Assembly: GCA_010909165.1 (NCBI GenBank) | Contig: VJWM01000265.1 | Location: 1-64,000 of the forward strand | Source: Anthoceros angustus | Taxonomy: Eukaryota; Plantae; Anthocerotophyta | Direction of reading: 5' to 3' | Length of the DNA: 64,000 nt | Part shown: one piece after another, positions 12,265 to 25,695 of the stretch | Numbering within the stretch: the first letter of the stretch is position 1 | Layout: each line of letters begins with the position of its first letter | Position numbers and translations under genes: made by a program | The notes under the pieces: generated by a model | What the model was told of the DNA's origin: nothing | Database searches by the model: none | What the model saw: the letters and a program-made list of their open reading frames with translations, nothing else

Positions 12265-13394
12265 AAATTCATTAGAAATACAAGCCTTTTTATATATATG
12301 AGCATTCTTGTATGAACAAGTAAAATGGCTTTCAAAATACACAAAAGAAAAGCCTTCATGGGTAGTGGTCACGTGCGAAGAAAATATTTCTTAAGGAATA
12401 ATTACAAAAGAACAAAGATCATTAACGAAATAAAAACCATTTGCAATGGTGGCAAGCGCTATCATGCCGAAAACCCATACATAAGATAACTCCCATGCGG
12501 GGTTCGAGGGTAGGTAGATTTTGATGTAGCAATGCTGCCCGCCACCGGTTCGATCAAGGCATGAGGACCAGACGGCGGTTTGAAGACTTGGTGCAAGTTC
12601 CCTCACTGCGAGATACCACGTAGTTATGGCTCACATGCATTGTGAAAGGTGAAAGGCAAACGGGTGCAAGTTGGTAGTGTAACATGGTGGTAGCACCTAG
12701 CTCGTTGTAATTATTGCATATAATAAATGATGATAATATAATTTCTATGATCTATAGTTAGTTTTGTGGAGGAATTTTTGTATTTGGAAAATGGTTTGGG
12801 TATGGTAGGGGGGTTAGATGAGTCCAATTTATTAGAAAGATGTACATCTTGCTTTGTTTTTTTTTGACATAAAGTTTGCTCAACCTTTGCACCTTATCAT
12901 GGAGGGAGGAAAGATTCTCTTGTCATACATCTCTCTTTATATGTAGAAGCATTTAATTTAATGCGAAGGACCCTTATCATACCTCTCTCCTCCGAAAGCG
13001 AACGAGGAGAGTGAAGTGAGGTTCGGGAGTTTATCTTCCGGAGTGAGGTCGGAGGGCTAAGGACTTTTGGGGTCCGGTTTGAGGGATACCACCACGGAGC
13101 ATGGAATCCCTACTCAGCTATGCAGCTTTAACACTACCATGGAGGAGACGTAGGGCATGGAATCCCTACGCTAGGCGCTTTGACAAGTACAATGGGGCTT
13201 AAGGCAACATGAAGGGGTTCATTCAAACCCGCTAGATTATAAGCATCAAAGTAGGATTAGTAGTCCATAATATGAAGCGGAGGTGTTTTATGCAAGAAAC
13301 AATGTTAAAATCAACTCTACATGTCCCACCTATAGGCGTAGATTATTTGGCCCATAGTGTTCAAAGCTAGAACTATTGTAGGCATATTACTATC

Positions 13395-13396
<2 letters not shown>

Positions 13397-13467
<71 letters not shown>
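13397..13467 (+). repeat. (ATT)n microsatellite
   Basis: Perfect trinucleotide run, seen directly. Confidence 0.99.
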
Positions 13468-13468
<1 letters not shown>

Positions 13469-13787
13469 ATATTGACTTAAATTCTCTAAATATGCCTAGT
13501 TCAAAGACGGCATACAAAGGGTAACAGCCAGACTAAAGTTAAAAAAAAGTTTACAATTATGTCATAGACGCCATAATCTTGAGTATCATTTTAAGCAAGT
13601 TGTTTCTTCAATCGTTAGGACAACGTCTCGTAGCTCCATCCATAACAAATTGCACATCACAAGCCTCATATCTAGCCTGCATCCATAACAAAGCATATAC
13701 ACGAGCTCCGAACATTGCTTCATGATCAATCGTTGGGCTAATGTCTACCGATCAAATGTGTCGGAAAAATGGTGAAGCCGCCATTCT

Positions 13788-14068
13788 GTGCACAAAATGC
13801 TTACAGTCATGTCAGGGCTTCGTATGAATGCATGTACCTCCGCAAAGTCCGCACGCCGTCTAGTAGTTGCTCACCGCCTAAATTGAGATGCACCATCTCT
13901 ATTTCAATCACACAAGTATCATGCACAAAATGCTTACAGTCATGTCAGGGCTTCGTATGAATGCATGTACCTCCGCAAAGTCCGCACACGTCGCTGTTTA
14001 GTAGTTGCAGCTCCTGCCCTGAAATTGAGATGCACCATCTCTATTTCAATCACAGCAAGTATCATGCA
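13788..14068 (+). repeat. Tandem duplication of a ~140 bp unit
   Basis: TGCACAAAATGCTTACAGTCATGTCAGGGCTTCG... occurs at ~13788 and ~13922. The first copy carries several small deletions. Confidence 0.9.
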
Positions 14069-14349
14069 GACAGCAACTTACATCATGAGAGCGCTATGCA
14101 AAAATATTTTCCTCCTTTGCACGTCAGTCCCATTCCGAGCAGAAAAAACCCTTTGTTTTGGTTTGATCTGTTGGTTGAACTTGATTTATTGCTGTGAGGT
14201 TTTCTCCATGTTGCCCTTCCTTTGTACGGGGTAGTTATCAGTGGTTTCCTACTGCCCCTTTGGTTGCAGTCAATTCTCTATGTTAAGACTCCTCTGGGTA
14301 GTTCAAGTAACCATTTGTGACCTGTGCCATCTATAGACTTAAATGTGTT

Positions 14350-15000
14350 GGATGTGGTTGATTTCAGAGTGGGGCTTCCAACAGTACGTTTTTCACATTA
14401 TTACATCAACGACCATCTCCTTCCTGTGTTTGATGATGTGAGGAGTAGGAGGATAGACAGGATCTCTGTGGTACAAAATTTGCTCTTTCCATGTCTTTGC
14501 TATGCAACTTCCGAGAAGAAAAGTCAACCTTGCGAGTGGTCTCCCTACACCTCGGCTCAAGATGCAGAATTGTTGTTTCCGTTCTGGAGTTGCCTAAGGT
14601 ACACACATCCGAAGGGATTCTATGTTATAACCTGGTTAACCGCAGGATGTTGTGGTTGTCTACTCCAGACATTGTAGACCTGAACGGAAGGCGCAGTCAC
14701 ATCTCGATGTTTCCAGCTACAAAAGTATTGGTTGGTCTTAGACTAATCTTTGCGACAAGTTTTTGCAGATTACCAATACCACTGACAACTTGTGTGGGTA
14801 CAAGATGGCGCTCTACAAGGATTTCACCGAAAGGTATGTTCCAAAAGACGAGTTGGCCAAGGCGTTACGTGATTTGTTGGCAGCTACAAGTAGAGAACGT
14901 GGCAAGAACTTTTTGCAAGAAGTTATCACAAGGAATGTCAGAGCATCTGAAAACCATGGCTGCAGCAAAAGATGAAATTGCAGGCTAAAACAGAAGCTGT
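14350..15000 (+). other. Unassigned, possibly spliced coding remnant
   Basis: Open segments are separated by 44-50 bp GT..AG intervals (~14600-14646, 14726-14769, 14834-14883). No family was recognised. Confidence 0.25.
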
Positions 15001-18000
15001 AAGTTACACCTAAAATGTCAAAGTTATCACTCTGATTTCCTTTAATGGGTACCTGTGTGTGCATTCACTAACGTTGGAATAGTCTCTGAAGTGGATGTTG
15101 GAAGTCTGATGCTAGTGGTCTCCGTCTGTGCAACATTCTTGCACCTGCTCTTGTGTACCTGAGCCACCAACATTCTTGCACCTGCTCAGATACAATATGG
15201 TTAGGGATGGTTTTCCGGTTTGTACGGTTTATGCTACCGTCATGTAGTAGGTACTAGCTGGTTTCTTACTAAGGTGCATCACAATGTGTATCGATCCCTC
15301 TTTACTACCACCTAAGCTACTACACTATCGATTGCCCACATTCTTCGGAGAGAGCTTTCCAGCTATCCTGGGCCAAACCAGCTAGACCACCCTCACCAAA
15401 CCAGGCTGCTGCTGCGACTTGTGCAGGGTAACTGTCTTGGGTCTTTGCCTTGCTTCTCTATCACACGGGACGGAATGCATGACATCCGGATTGTGGAATG
15501 TGGCTCTGGTTCTGTCCCATAACAATTTCTCTGGTCATCTCCCGCCTGATATTCGTGCTGCAGGTGAGCCCTTGAGCTGCCCTTTCGACCTCGAATGGGT
15601 GGATGGCCCTCGCTTGGCGACAAAGGCTGTTGATAGGACGGCCTTGATTGCGGCGTATGCACCACAAGGGCTCGGGTGAGACGCTGGTTCAGCATGGGCA
15701 AATTGAACAGGAGGAGCCCTCTGTGCTTTCCCAAGGTGTTAACCATAGTAGGCGTTAACCATAGTAGGTGAGATGTGAATGCTTGGTGTCGAAGTGTTCT
15801 GAGTTGAAGCTTTTTGAGGCCATTGGTGCCCTGGAGTCTCCGGCGCACACAGAGACGACATCCAGCGCGTTCACGATCCGGGGACATTTCCCTTCCCCCT
15901 TCCAATCCCCGCCTCACGGTAGGGTATTCCATACCCGCCCGAACCCCACGCTCCCCACCCTAGGCGACCCGATTGTGACGCACTGCAACGGCATCCTGGC
16001 ACAGGGTCGTACGGCACCAGCCGGCGAACGGGTTGGCCAGGCCGCCGTCCAGGCTGTGACCATGGCTTTCGCCACTGAGCTGCTATGGAGGGAGATACGC
16101 AGCTGCCGTCAGCCGCATCGATGCCTTCCACTTTCTGAAGAGCGTTTCCTTCGCGTCGTGGGCAATGGGTGTGTGATAATGTGGGATAGATACGCATTAT
16201 CGACTTTATTTAGTATGATTTATGGATTTCAATTTATAAGGTTAACCTCGTGCAGGTCCGAGAAAGGATATGTGCGAGGTATGCAAGAAGAAGAAGAAAA
16301 TTTTTAAAGCGCATTAAGGATGGATGACCATCATAGAGGTACATAGATTGTGAAATAGAATAATTATCTAATTACTTCTAAGGAGTTTTAGGAACTGTGA
16401 TTTTGATTTTCATTAGGGCAAGACATCATCTCGTTTTGTGATATCTCTAGATCAAACATATAGATATATATATCCTCCAATGTGGGTCATCATTTACCAT
16501 TTGAAACATAAGGGTCTCATTTGCTAATGCTAAGCCTAAGAGTTCTCTAAGAAACTACATTTCAACATGTATGTTCTCCTATATGGGTCATCATCCACAA
16601 TCAAACATAAGCACCTCATGTGCTAATGGTAAGCCTAAGAGTCCACCAAAAAATTGTATTCGTGATATTTGCAAGGTTTCAATAAAGACCGAGGTAAAGG
16701 TTGGCCTCGTAATCCTAGAAGGTAGATTGTTCCATTTTGAAGGTTATAGATATTACTCCCTCATGAAATGATACCGTGATGTTCTATTGTTTGTTCATAA
16801 CTAGAATAAAGAATTCTACCCTACAATTGGGACATGTAAGATTCATTTTCAACCATGGCATAAAACATGGTTCGTAGTGGAAAATATGACCACATGCATT
16901 AATCTTGATGATCTCTTTGTCTTTTTAATATCGTCAAGACAAATGCTACAACAAATTGTTTCATTGCCATCGCACTTGTTGATCGTCGCATTTACAACAT
17001 ATTTAGCAGCATCAAATATTATTTCCCTCATACTAGTTGGCATGTCCATTGTGATTTAAAGCCTTTTAACTTATGTCTTTATAATATATTTTATTTTTCA
17101 AATATATTTCTCTTATTTCTCTCAAATATTTTATGTTCAACCGACGCTTGCTGGTTTTGTCAATATCCCAAGCAACTCAAATGCTCAACGTTCCTCACGG
17201 TGTTCCACCGAGGATAAGGACTCAACCAACCACTTGTAAGGCCCATCGATGATAGCTCCTATTTATACAACCCTTGATACACCACCTGGATATAATATGC
17301 CAAGTTAGCTTGTTGTTTTTTTGTAGTAGATACTATAATTATTACAAACATCCATTCATAGTATATGTAGAAGTTGGTTCTTACTTATTTTTTGGTGGTG
17401 AACAAAATTACATCAAACATCCATATATAGTAGTTGGAGGTAGATGGCATTCGTAGTATTCTCGACTACGAAACTCAAAGAAGAAAAAGTTTTTTATTGG
17501 GAGAAAAAAATTGATGGAAAAGCCCATCCAGTAGAGGACAACCAAGAGAGACCTTGAGGATTGTGGTAAAAAACAGCAGCTATTCCTCCTCTTCCTCTAT
17601 TGTTTGTAGGCCGTTTACTCTTCACGCATTCGACATTGTAGGGGCAATTGATGACTTCCGATAGGAAGCTTAACTACTCCTTTTTACCACAACTTAAAGA
17701 GGTGGAGGATGGCGACTCAACCAACCACTTGTAAGGCTCACAGATAGTGACCCCTTTTTATAGGACCCATGATACACAACCTAGAGATAACTTACCAAAT
17801 TAGCTTGTCTTTCTTAGTACATACTATAATTATTACAAACATCCATACATAGTGTTTATAGAAATTCGCTCTTGCTCATCTTTTGGTGGTGAACATAATT
17901 ACATCATGTATATATCAAACATCTATATATAGTAGTTAGATGGCGGATGATATTGAAAGTATTCGAGACTACAAAACTCAAAGAGGTAATTTATAAAATA

Positions 18001-18753
18001 TTTGTTGAATGCTATTAGTAACCCCAAGTGATGATGGTTCCTTTTACATGACTTATACAGCTCATAGGTATAATATGCCAAATCAATTTGTTTTATTTTT
18101 AGTAATAAATATTATAATTTTTACAACATCTAGTATATATAGAAGTTTGATCTTTCTTAATTTTTGGTGATTAACATAATTATATCAAATATATATCAAA
18201 CATCCATATATAAATAATTGGATAATGAAAGCTCCGTTATAACATATCCATATATCATGCTCATTTTACCTAAATAATAATTTGTAAAGGAAGAAAGTTA
18301 GAAACTGTTTATCTTGGTCTATAAGTAGCAAAGTACAGCACCTACAGTTATTTAACTTTGTATTCATTGTTATCAGCACTGGGCTTTACAGCTCGGGAGC
18401 TTGTAGAAGTCATCGGATGAAGCGTTTGGGGCTGCTGCTAGCCGCACTGGCGCTTTCGTCTCTTTGAAGAAGATTGTCTCCTCCAGAGACTTGGATGATG
18501 CCATGGTCGATTGGTGTGGTAGCAAAGTCTGCTGCGAAGGTTGTGAGGGATGCAGACAACACTGTTCTACGGTTGATACTCGCAAGGCCGACTGAAACTG
18601 AATCGGGATCGGGATCGGGATCGCGATCGTGATCGGAGAGCGTGCTTTGCACGAATCCATCTCCCAGACTCTTATGCGTGCCAGACGAGAAGAGAGATAT
18701 CGATGCGGACTTGAGTTCCGTACTGAAGCATCAGTTCGAAATCCCCAAGTTCG
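14633..18753 (+). repeat. Segmental duplication, copy 2 (homologous to 3156-7159; 14588-14631 also matches 1871-1914)
   Basis: Direct sequence comparison, including the RING cassette, the AT-rich promoter-like units and the (GATCGG)n tract. Confidence 0.95.
16615..17049 (-). pseudogene. Second copy of the frameshifted RING-H2 gene (within the duplication)
   Basis: Same N-terminal ORF and the same A-run frameshift as 5060-5493, plus one further 1-bp indel after CPNC. The left end is approximate. Confidence 0.75.
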
Positions 18754-20301
18754 TTTATTCGAGTCGTTTTGCGTGACATCGGCGACTGACTCGGTCTCCT
18801 CTTTCACTTGCGGCATTCTTCACGGGAAAGCTCGATTCAGCAGCAGCCACGCCTTTGCGGTGCCTCTGCGTAACCGGTGACATTTCGCCAGTGCCGTTCC
18901 TGGCTGCAAGTGTCAGTCTTGTCAGGCCTGGGATTGGCTGTTGGAGAAGGGAGTGAAGCCGAGCTCTCGTCCTTTGTGCAAATTTTCATCACTGTTGTAG
19001 CGCAAGTGACGAGGACTTTCAGGAACTTGATTGGCTGTGTTCAGCTCCAAATGTTGCGATCCTTCAGTCAGATTGCCAATATCTCAGAGGTGGAGCTGGT
19101 AAGGCTTGCTCTGAGCTCTAAACCCTAATTCCGCCACCTCTTTGCCATCGAGGTTAGTTCGTGTTGCTCCCTCCATTCTGCGGGAAAAGCTCGTCTTGTG
19201 GCACATCCTTGCAGGTGCTTCTGCTTATTTTGCTCTCCAAATCTTAGTCTCGTGCGTTTTCAACTCAGAACCCAGGTAGTGCTGAAATTTTCTACCCTGA
19301 CGGTTCTCAATGACCACTCTGTTCTTCTTGCCGGGGGCCGAAAGGCATTCATTGTCGTTGTGGTATTTGCTGTGCCAGTAGTTACCTCTCGGACAGGAAC
19401 AGATACCGATATGTTCCATGTTTTACCTGTCACGGCAGACTTCCTGACATCTCGACAAGTAAGGACCAAGTATGCTATTCCCGAGAAGAGAATCCAAGTT
19501 CGGGTACTGGATTCTCTAGTACCTATGGCAGAAAGCCATATCTGATTTCGTCTAGACCAAGTACTTTGTAGCCTTCTTTTCTGCATGCTGGCCTATGATT
19601 TAGAGCTGGCATTTGACTCAAGTTAATCAAATGGGTGCCTTCTATGAAAGCATCTCAATGACATACAGATAGCGCTTAGATGGATTGGTCTGTGCTGAAG
19701 GCTGCAATGATAGAAAATTTTGATTACGTGAGCTGCTACACCTTGGCAGGTAAAGCTTTAGTCTCTGCATACTCTTCTCTGTTTATCATGATATCAAATA
19801 CATCTGGACGTTCACTTTGAACCCTCTGCGGACTCTGCGATTATTCTCAAAGGATATATCCCCTCATTCTGACTCAACTTCCTGCAATTAACATCACGAG
19901 TTGAACTTCAGGTATGTCGGTGCACTCTTTTTAGTACCTTTGGCTTCTCTACGCAGGCTATGTGCCCCAGCATCTGCTGGGAGGCCTGCAAGGGCTATAA
20001 GGGGAAATGTTAAGGGAACAGATGATCGAGCAGATTCTCTACATCCGAGAACTGACGGATCTTTGCTTGCCAGATCCTCTGACTCCCTATTCTCCCCAGT
20101 AAACCACACACATGACAAGGCTAATCATATTATAGATGGCAACCACCTGCTCCATATCTCCGCAAAGCGAGGTGTACGAGCGTCTGTCACCCGTCACCAA
20201 TGTCCTTGTAACCATGAAGCATGCCTGATACATGCAGTCTCTTCAATGAAGCTTTCAGCATTTTCCTTGACCAACGTGCATATGGCTTGCCTGATGTCAA
20301 A

Positions 20302-22852
20302 TTAGCAGGTTGGAATAGGAGTAGGCGGAGGTGGAAGAGTTTGATGCGGGCCAATTCCATTTTTGGTGATGAAAGCCATTTCCATTCCCCAACTCGTGTG
20401 CAGTTCGATATGGCAATGCAGAAACCACACTCCTGCAATGACGGAATCAGTGTGGCTTCAACACCCAGGTGGAAGACGTACGAAGGCTTGTTCAACAATC
20501 AATCAACTTTAGGTGGGAGACGTATGAGGTGTGTCAAGGCTCAAAAATCAACTGTAGGTGGGAGGCGTGCGGGATGTGCCAAGGCTTGCTCGCTTGCTCA
20601 ACAATCCAGTTAAGGCAAAAGTGACGTGTGCTTACCAGGATTGGTGGCCCGAAATCTGATTGCAGCCCAGCCTCCTGAAGGAACTCCCACTGTGTTCCTC
20701 AACGGGGGATCCAGCAAGTTGAATCCGGCGGCGAGGCTGGTGTTGTAGTTACCGAAGCCAGTGCCGACGATGTAAAAGCTCTGGCCGTGGAGGTGAAAGG
20801 GATGGTTCTCGAAGCCGAAAATGCTCTGGTCTTGCAGGATGAGCTCCACCCTGTCGCCGTAGTTGAGCACGTTAACCCTGGTTCCAGATTCCGAGATGGG
20901 GTTGGCGGGAGCCGGGCCGGTGTAGTTGAATGGGTACGGCGGCTGGCTGGGGAAATCTGTTGTGTACACGCCGGCGATGTCGTAGAAGTAAGCCTGCAGG
21001 TGCAGGGGACAGGTATCAGACTCTTTGGCGCTAGCTCTGGCAGGAGGCGCAAGGCGCATGGACATGCACTCATGGCCGTCACCTACCTCCAGCAGGCTGA
21101 TTCTGGGCGCCACAAAAGTGACGTTGTTGACGCTGCCCTGAATGCGCTGGGTGCAGGTTAGCGGCGGGGAGCACGGCAGCAGGGTGTAGCCCACGGTGAA
21201 GAACAGGTTGCGGTCGATGATGCGCGGCACCTGCATCCGGTACACCGCGTTGTTGAGCCCCCGCAGGTTGGCGTTGAACTGGGTGTAGCGTGCTGTATCG
21301 TTGACTGCGGGTAGGTCGGGGAGGCTGATGGATGAACTCGACTCCTTGGTACCCCTGGGGCAGGGGTATCTGTACTGCAGGATGGCGGTGGCGGGTGTTT
21401 GCGGGTACGCCAGTATGGTGAGAGGAGAGTAGGGGAACGTCGCCATGTAGAATTTGCCGCACCTGTGCGTGGCCCTGAGCAGCACGTTTGTGGTCTGGCC
21501 CGGAGCTATGGCGATGACGTCGGTGGTGTACTGTTTTGTGTATTCTCCATCCGCCTCCACCACCGTTAGCGTGTGGTTGGCTACTCCGAACCAGAGCTGG
21601 AAGTTCAGGGCTGCGTTGATGATGCGGAGGAGATATGTTTTGCCAGGGATTACGCTCACCACCTCCGTTCCTGGTACATATGGCAACAAGAGGCAGGTGA
21701 ATTTGATATCTGTGGCACCCAGCTGCAGTAGCACGAAGCCCTGCTGCCAGCCTGAGCTGATTGAAAGGAGCATGTTTACATTCGTATGATGGGATGGTAC
21801 CGCTTGCAGAGCAGTTGTAAAGATCGCCAGGTTGGCCATTGATGGTAAGGGCATCAGACAAGTTGTAGCCGCTGGCTCCTGATACTGCAGCTGCTGCCAC
21901 GTCTTCGACGTTGGAATTCCACCACTCGCCTTTGAATTTGGCCGAGAGCACATACAGGACACACCCATTTAGCACAAAGAATCAAATGCAGTAGGCTGCA
22001 GCTTGTAGAGGTGGCGGCGCATGGAATTTAAATGAATTCACTAGTCTAGATATGCCGGACGACTGGCCATTGAAACCGTTGGAAGAGGAGGAATCGGAAG
22101 TTGGAAACGCACCGAGAATGAGGGTGACCTCCTTATTCGGAAGTGGGAATGGGTACAGCGGTTGCAGGAGCAGCGGTTTGGGCCGGATGATGAAGGCACC
22201 ATGGAGGGTTGCACGTAGCCAGGTGATGTGAGCGTGCCAGAACAGAGTGCCCCTCTGGCCATTGGCGACGAACCTGTGAGTATATGAGTGGCCAGTCTGC
22301 AGGGGGCATTGCGTGATATAGGCAGGCCCGTCTGCCCAGGCTGAAAGCGTTTGACGCACCCCATGCCTGGAAAGCCAGCCACACACATTAGAGCTTCCTG
22401 AAAACTACAATTCACTACCCGAGGAGTATGCGTGCTGACTGTAGTACCAGTGAATGGTGACGTTATAGGAGACGAGATTGGTGACGGTCACAATGACTTC
22501 ATCCCCTTCATTCACGTATTGGGTTGGCCCTGGGAACTGCCCATTCACTGCCACCAGGGGCTTGGTGTGGCAAAGACGAGTCACATTGAGGTAATCCACC
22601 TGCATCGGAACCATTGAAACCTTACAGTGAATTCATCCTCACAATGTGCTCAACAGGCTAGCTCTAGATATCTGTGTGCGCGCACTGCAGGGACTCAAGG
22701 TGGTGACAAAAGGAAAGCTTGGTTACCGTCATGTTGAACCTCTTCACACTGCCTATTCCCTGGCCATGCGCAGCCGGCACAATTAGTGCGACGAGCAAGA
22801 AAAGGTTAAGGCACAGCCTTGCCACAGCAACGATTCCATGATGGTCACGCAT
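20302..22852 (-). CDS. LAC: Laccase (multicopper oxidase), 7 exons, with signal peptide
   Basis: Exons: 22852-22727, 22599-22448, 22366-22113, 21929-21801, 21670-21087, 20993-20636, 20432-20302, all GT-AG and in phase. All four Cu motifs are present ([27 protein letters not shown]), as are NGQFPGP and [11 protein letters not shown]. An alternative upstream ATG is at 22903. Confidence 0.97.
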
Positions 22853-23825
22853 GCGCAGGGCCCTGGGAGCAGTGGCAGTCCGTGCATCCATCTCTGCTTG
22901 CAAGACAATTCCTTCAGGAATCCGGGTACCAGCCCATCAAGGCCTCCATCCTCCCCCAGCTTATGTAGTCTGGGGTGTGGAGCCCCCGAGTGCTTCCCGT
23001 CGCGCAAATTCCCAGCTTTGCGTCAGCGTAAAGAACACACCATCTACCCATCTCTGTCTGACATGCTTCACAAAGGACATGTAACGAGATTGGAGTACTT
23101 ACTTCAATGCTTCGAATTCGACCGGGGCTTTTCCGGGCCCCCCTTTGTCGAGCTGCACCCGTCAGCCACGTCGTCACTTCTCTGAAAATCTTGCGGCTGG
23201 ATATCAAACTCGCTCACGGCATGTCACCGATGTACCTATGCATTCCGGGTCGCATTAACTCACCTACCGGCACTGCCTCCAAGGCAGATAGACGACGATT
23301 GTCCCACCACCGCCCTTCCCGAAAGTGCATCTCTAACTAAATGCACCCAGAAGCTGGCACAACGTGCAACTTGCAACTTCCGATTGGACAACTCCGGAAA
23401 GTGAAACAGTGCAAATCTAGTCCACTACTACCCGGCCGATCGATCATCTACCCTAGCCTCAAGACAAGAGCTGTGCGCCTGCCGGCAAGCTGCTTGCAGC
23501 TTCCCTGGTCTGCCAGAACATTCTGCATACGACACAAGTTTGCCTCCCTACTGCCGTGTCCTTCGAAGCGCACGAAACTCACAGCTGTGCTGCTGGACGC
23601 GGCGCCTCCACGCACATCCATGGCACCGTCCAGGTGTAAAAGTCCACATTCCTGAGCTCACTGGCTGCAAGCCGGAATAAACTTGTACACTCTAGGACTA
23701 TGTATCTCCACCAACTCCACTATCTTGTGTGGTGATGCTGTCATGGCTCCTCCACCAACCTTGTGGACCAGTGCTACAACACTCACCCATTTTGCTATCG
23801 GGAGGTGGCTCGACGGCGACCGCGC

Positions 23826-25695
23826 GCACCGCGGACCCTGCTTCTCCACCTGTCCCGACATTAACTCGCTTGGGCCCGCAGGGCCCGCTCCGCAACTTTC
23901 CTTGCCTTTCGCCATTGCTTTTTCTAGTGAATTATGAATTAGCAGACTTTATAAATCCAATTCTCCCTAGGATTTTGGTACGGCGTAATAACTACTCAGG
24001 TGTAACCACCGCAGCATCACTGGTCAATGTAAAGTATTTTTAGTTTTGTCAATCAATTATAAATTACCAACATGCCACCACTACACATGCCATTCCTATT
24101 CCTTCCATATCATAACATGTAAATATAAAATGCTTTTAGTTGTGTCAACCAATTACAAATTGCCAACATGTCATTGATGTGTAATATAAAATCACCCTAA
24201 CCTCATTCTTAACCATACCTTCGAGTGTGCGGCCGGAGATCTTGCGAAGCGGAAGGCGTTCCTTCCCAGTCGGTTTTGGGGGCACCGGTTTGATGGCCAC
24301 GGAGGCCTCCGCGCTAGCGGCTTTCTTAGAGAGCTGGGCTCTCTCTGCCCCCATCTTGTCCTCCCGTGTCTTAATTCGGCATTCACATATCTGGAGGCTT
24401 TTGTCGCGGGCGTTGAGATGGGGACTTTTCCCATGTAGGCCTCGCTAAGATGAACCAGGGACTCTTTATCCTCCGAGGCAAGGGCTGCCATGCCGTCTTT
24501 TTCCTCGCTTCCCAAGGTTGGGCTCCGGGGCTTCAGGCGTCCCTCCTAGAGAAACAATATGGGCAGGCGCAGTTGGCCGTCCTACGGGATTCCTCCATTC
24601 CTAGGCTCACTCGGGCTCGTCTCTGCTCTTGCTCGGGGAAGGGGGCAGGTTCCTGGCTTTTGGCTCGACCCAATATTCAAGCGTTCCGCATCGCACCAGC
24701 AACTTTTTCCACCGCGATGTGTTCTCGCCTAGGCTTGGTCCATCCTCTGGCTAGCTCTCTTTCAACTTGCACCGCGGACCCTGCTTCTCCACCTGTCCCG
24801 ACATTAACTCGCTTGGGCCCGCAGGGCCTGCCCAACTTTCCTTGCCTTTCGCCATTGCTTTTCTAGTGAATTATGAATTAGCAGACTTTATAAAATCCAA
24901 TTCTCCCTAGGATTTTGGTACGGCGTAATAACTACTCAGGTGTAACCACCGCAGCATCACTGGTCAATGTAAAAGTATTTTTAGTTTTGTCAATCAATTA
25001 TAAATTACCAACATGCCACCACTACACATGCCATTCCTATTCCTTCCATATCATAACATGTAAATATAAAATGCTTTTAGTTGTGTCAACCAATTACAAA
25101 TTGCCAACATGTCATTGATGTGTAATATAAAATCACCCTAACCTCATTCTTAACCATACCTTCGAGTGTGCGGCCGGAGATCTTGCGAAGCGGAAGGCGT
25201 TCCTTCCCAGTCGGTTTTGGGGGCACCGGTTTGATGGCCACGGAGGCCTCCGCGCTAGCGGCTTTCTTAGAGAGCTGGGCTCTCTCTGCCCCCATCTTGT
25301 CCTCCCGTGTCTTAATTCGGCATTCACATATCTGGAGGCTTTTGTCGCGGGCGTTGAGATGGGGACTTTTCCCATGTAGGCCTCGCTAAGATGAACCAGG
25401 GACTCTTTATCCTCCGAGGCAAGGGCTGCCATGCCGTCTTTTTCCTCGCTTCCCAAGGTTGGGCTCCGGGGCTTCAGGCGTCCCTCCTAGAGAAACAATA
25501 TGGGCGCGCATTGGCGTCCCACGGATTCCTCCATTCCTAGGCTCACTCGGGCTCGTCTCGCTCTTGCTCGGGAAGGGCGGGTTCACGGCTTTGGCTCGAC
25601 CCAATATTCAAGCGTTCCGATCGCGCAACTTTTCCACCGCGATGTGTTCTCGCCTAGGCTTGGTCCATCCTCTCGCTAGCTCTCTTTCAACTTGC
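23826..25695 (+). repeat. Tandem duplication of a ~0.93 kb unit (23826-24770 and 24771-25695) spanning the 5' junction of the LINE
   Basis: CCGCGGACCCTGCTTCTCCACCTGTCCCGAC starts both units, and the interiors are near-identical. Confidence 0.95.
24222..24770 (+). mobile_element. Duplicated 5' part of the same CRE-like insertion
   Basis: Near-identical to 25163-25695. Confidence 0.85.

Noticed and set aside
12480-12560. GGTTCGA motifs suggesting a tRNA or tRNA-derived SINE
   Set aside because: No T-stem pairing, A-box spacing or cloverleaf could be built.
18373-19590. Ser-rich minus-strand ORFs as a functional gene
   Set aside because: The coding signal hops between frames, is partly driven by a (GATCGG)n tract, and no family is recognised. 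It could be a real gene obscured by indel errors, but it cannot be supported here.
21079-21975. 298-aa ORF as a separate protein
   Set aside because: It is an alternative-frame run-through of laccase exons 4-5.
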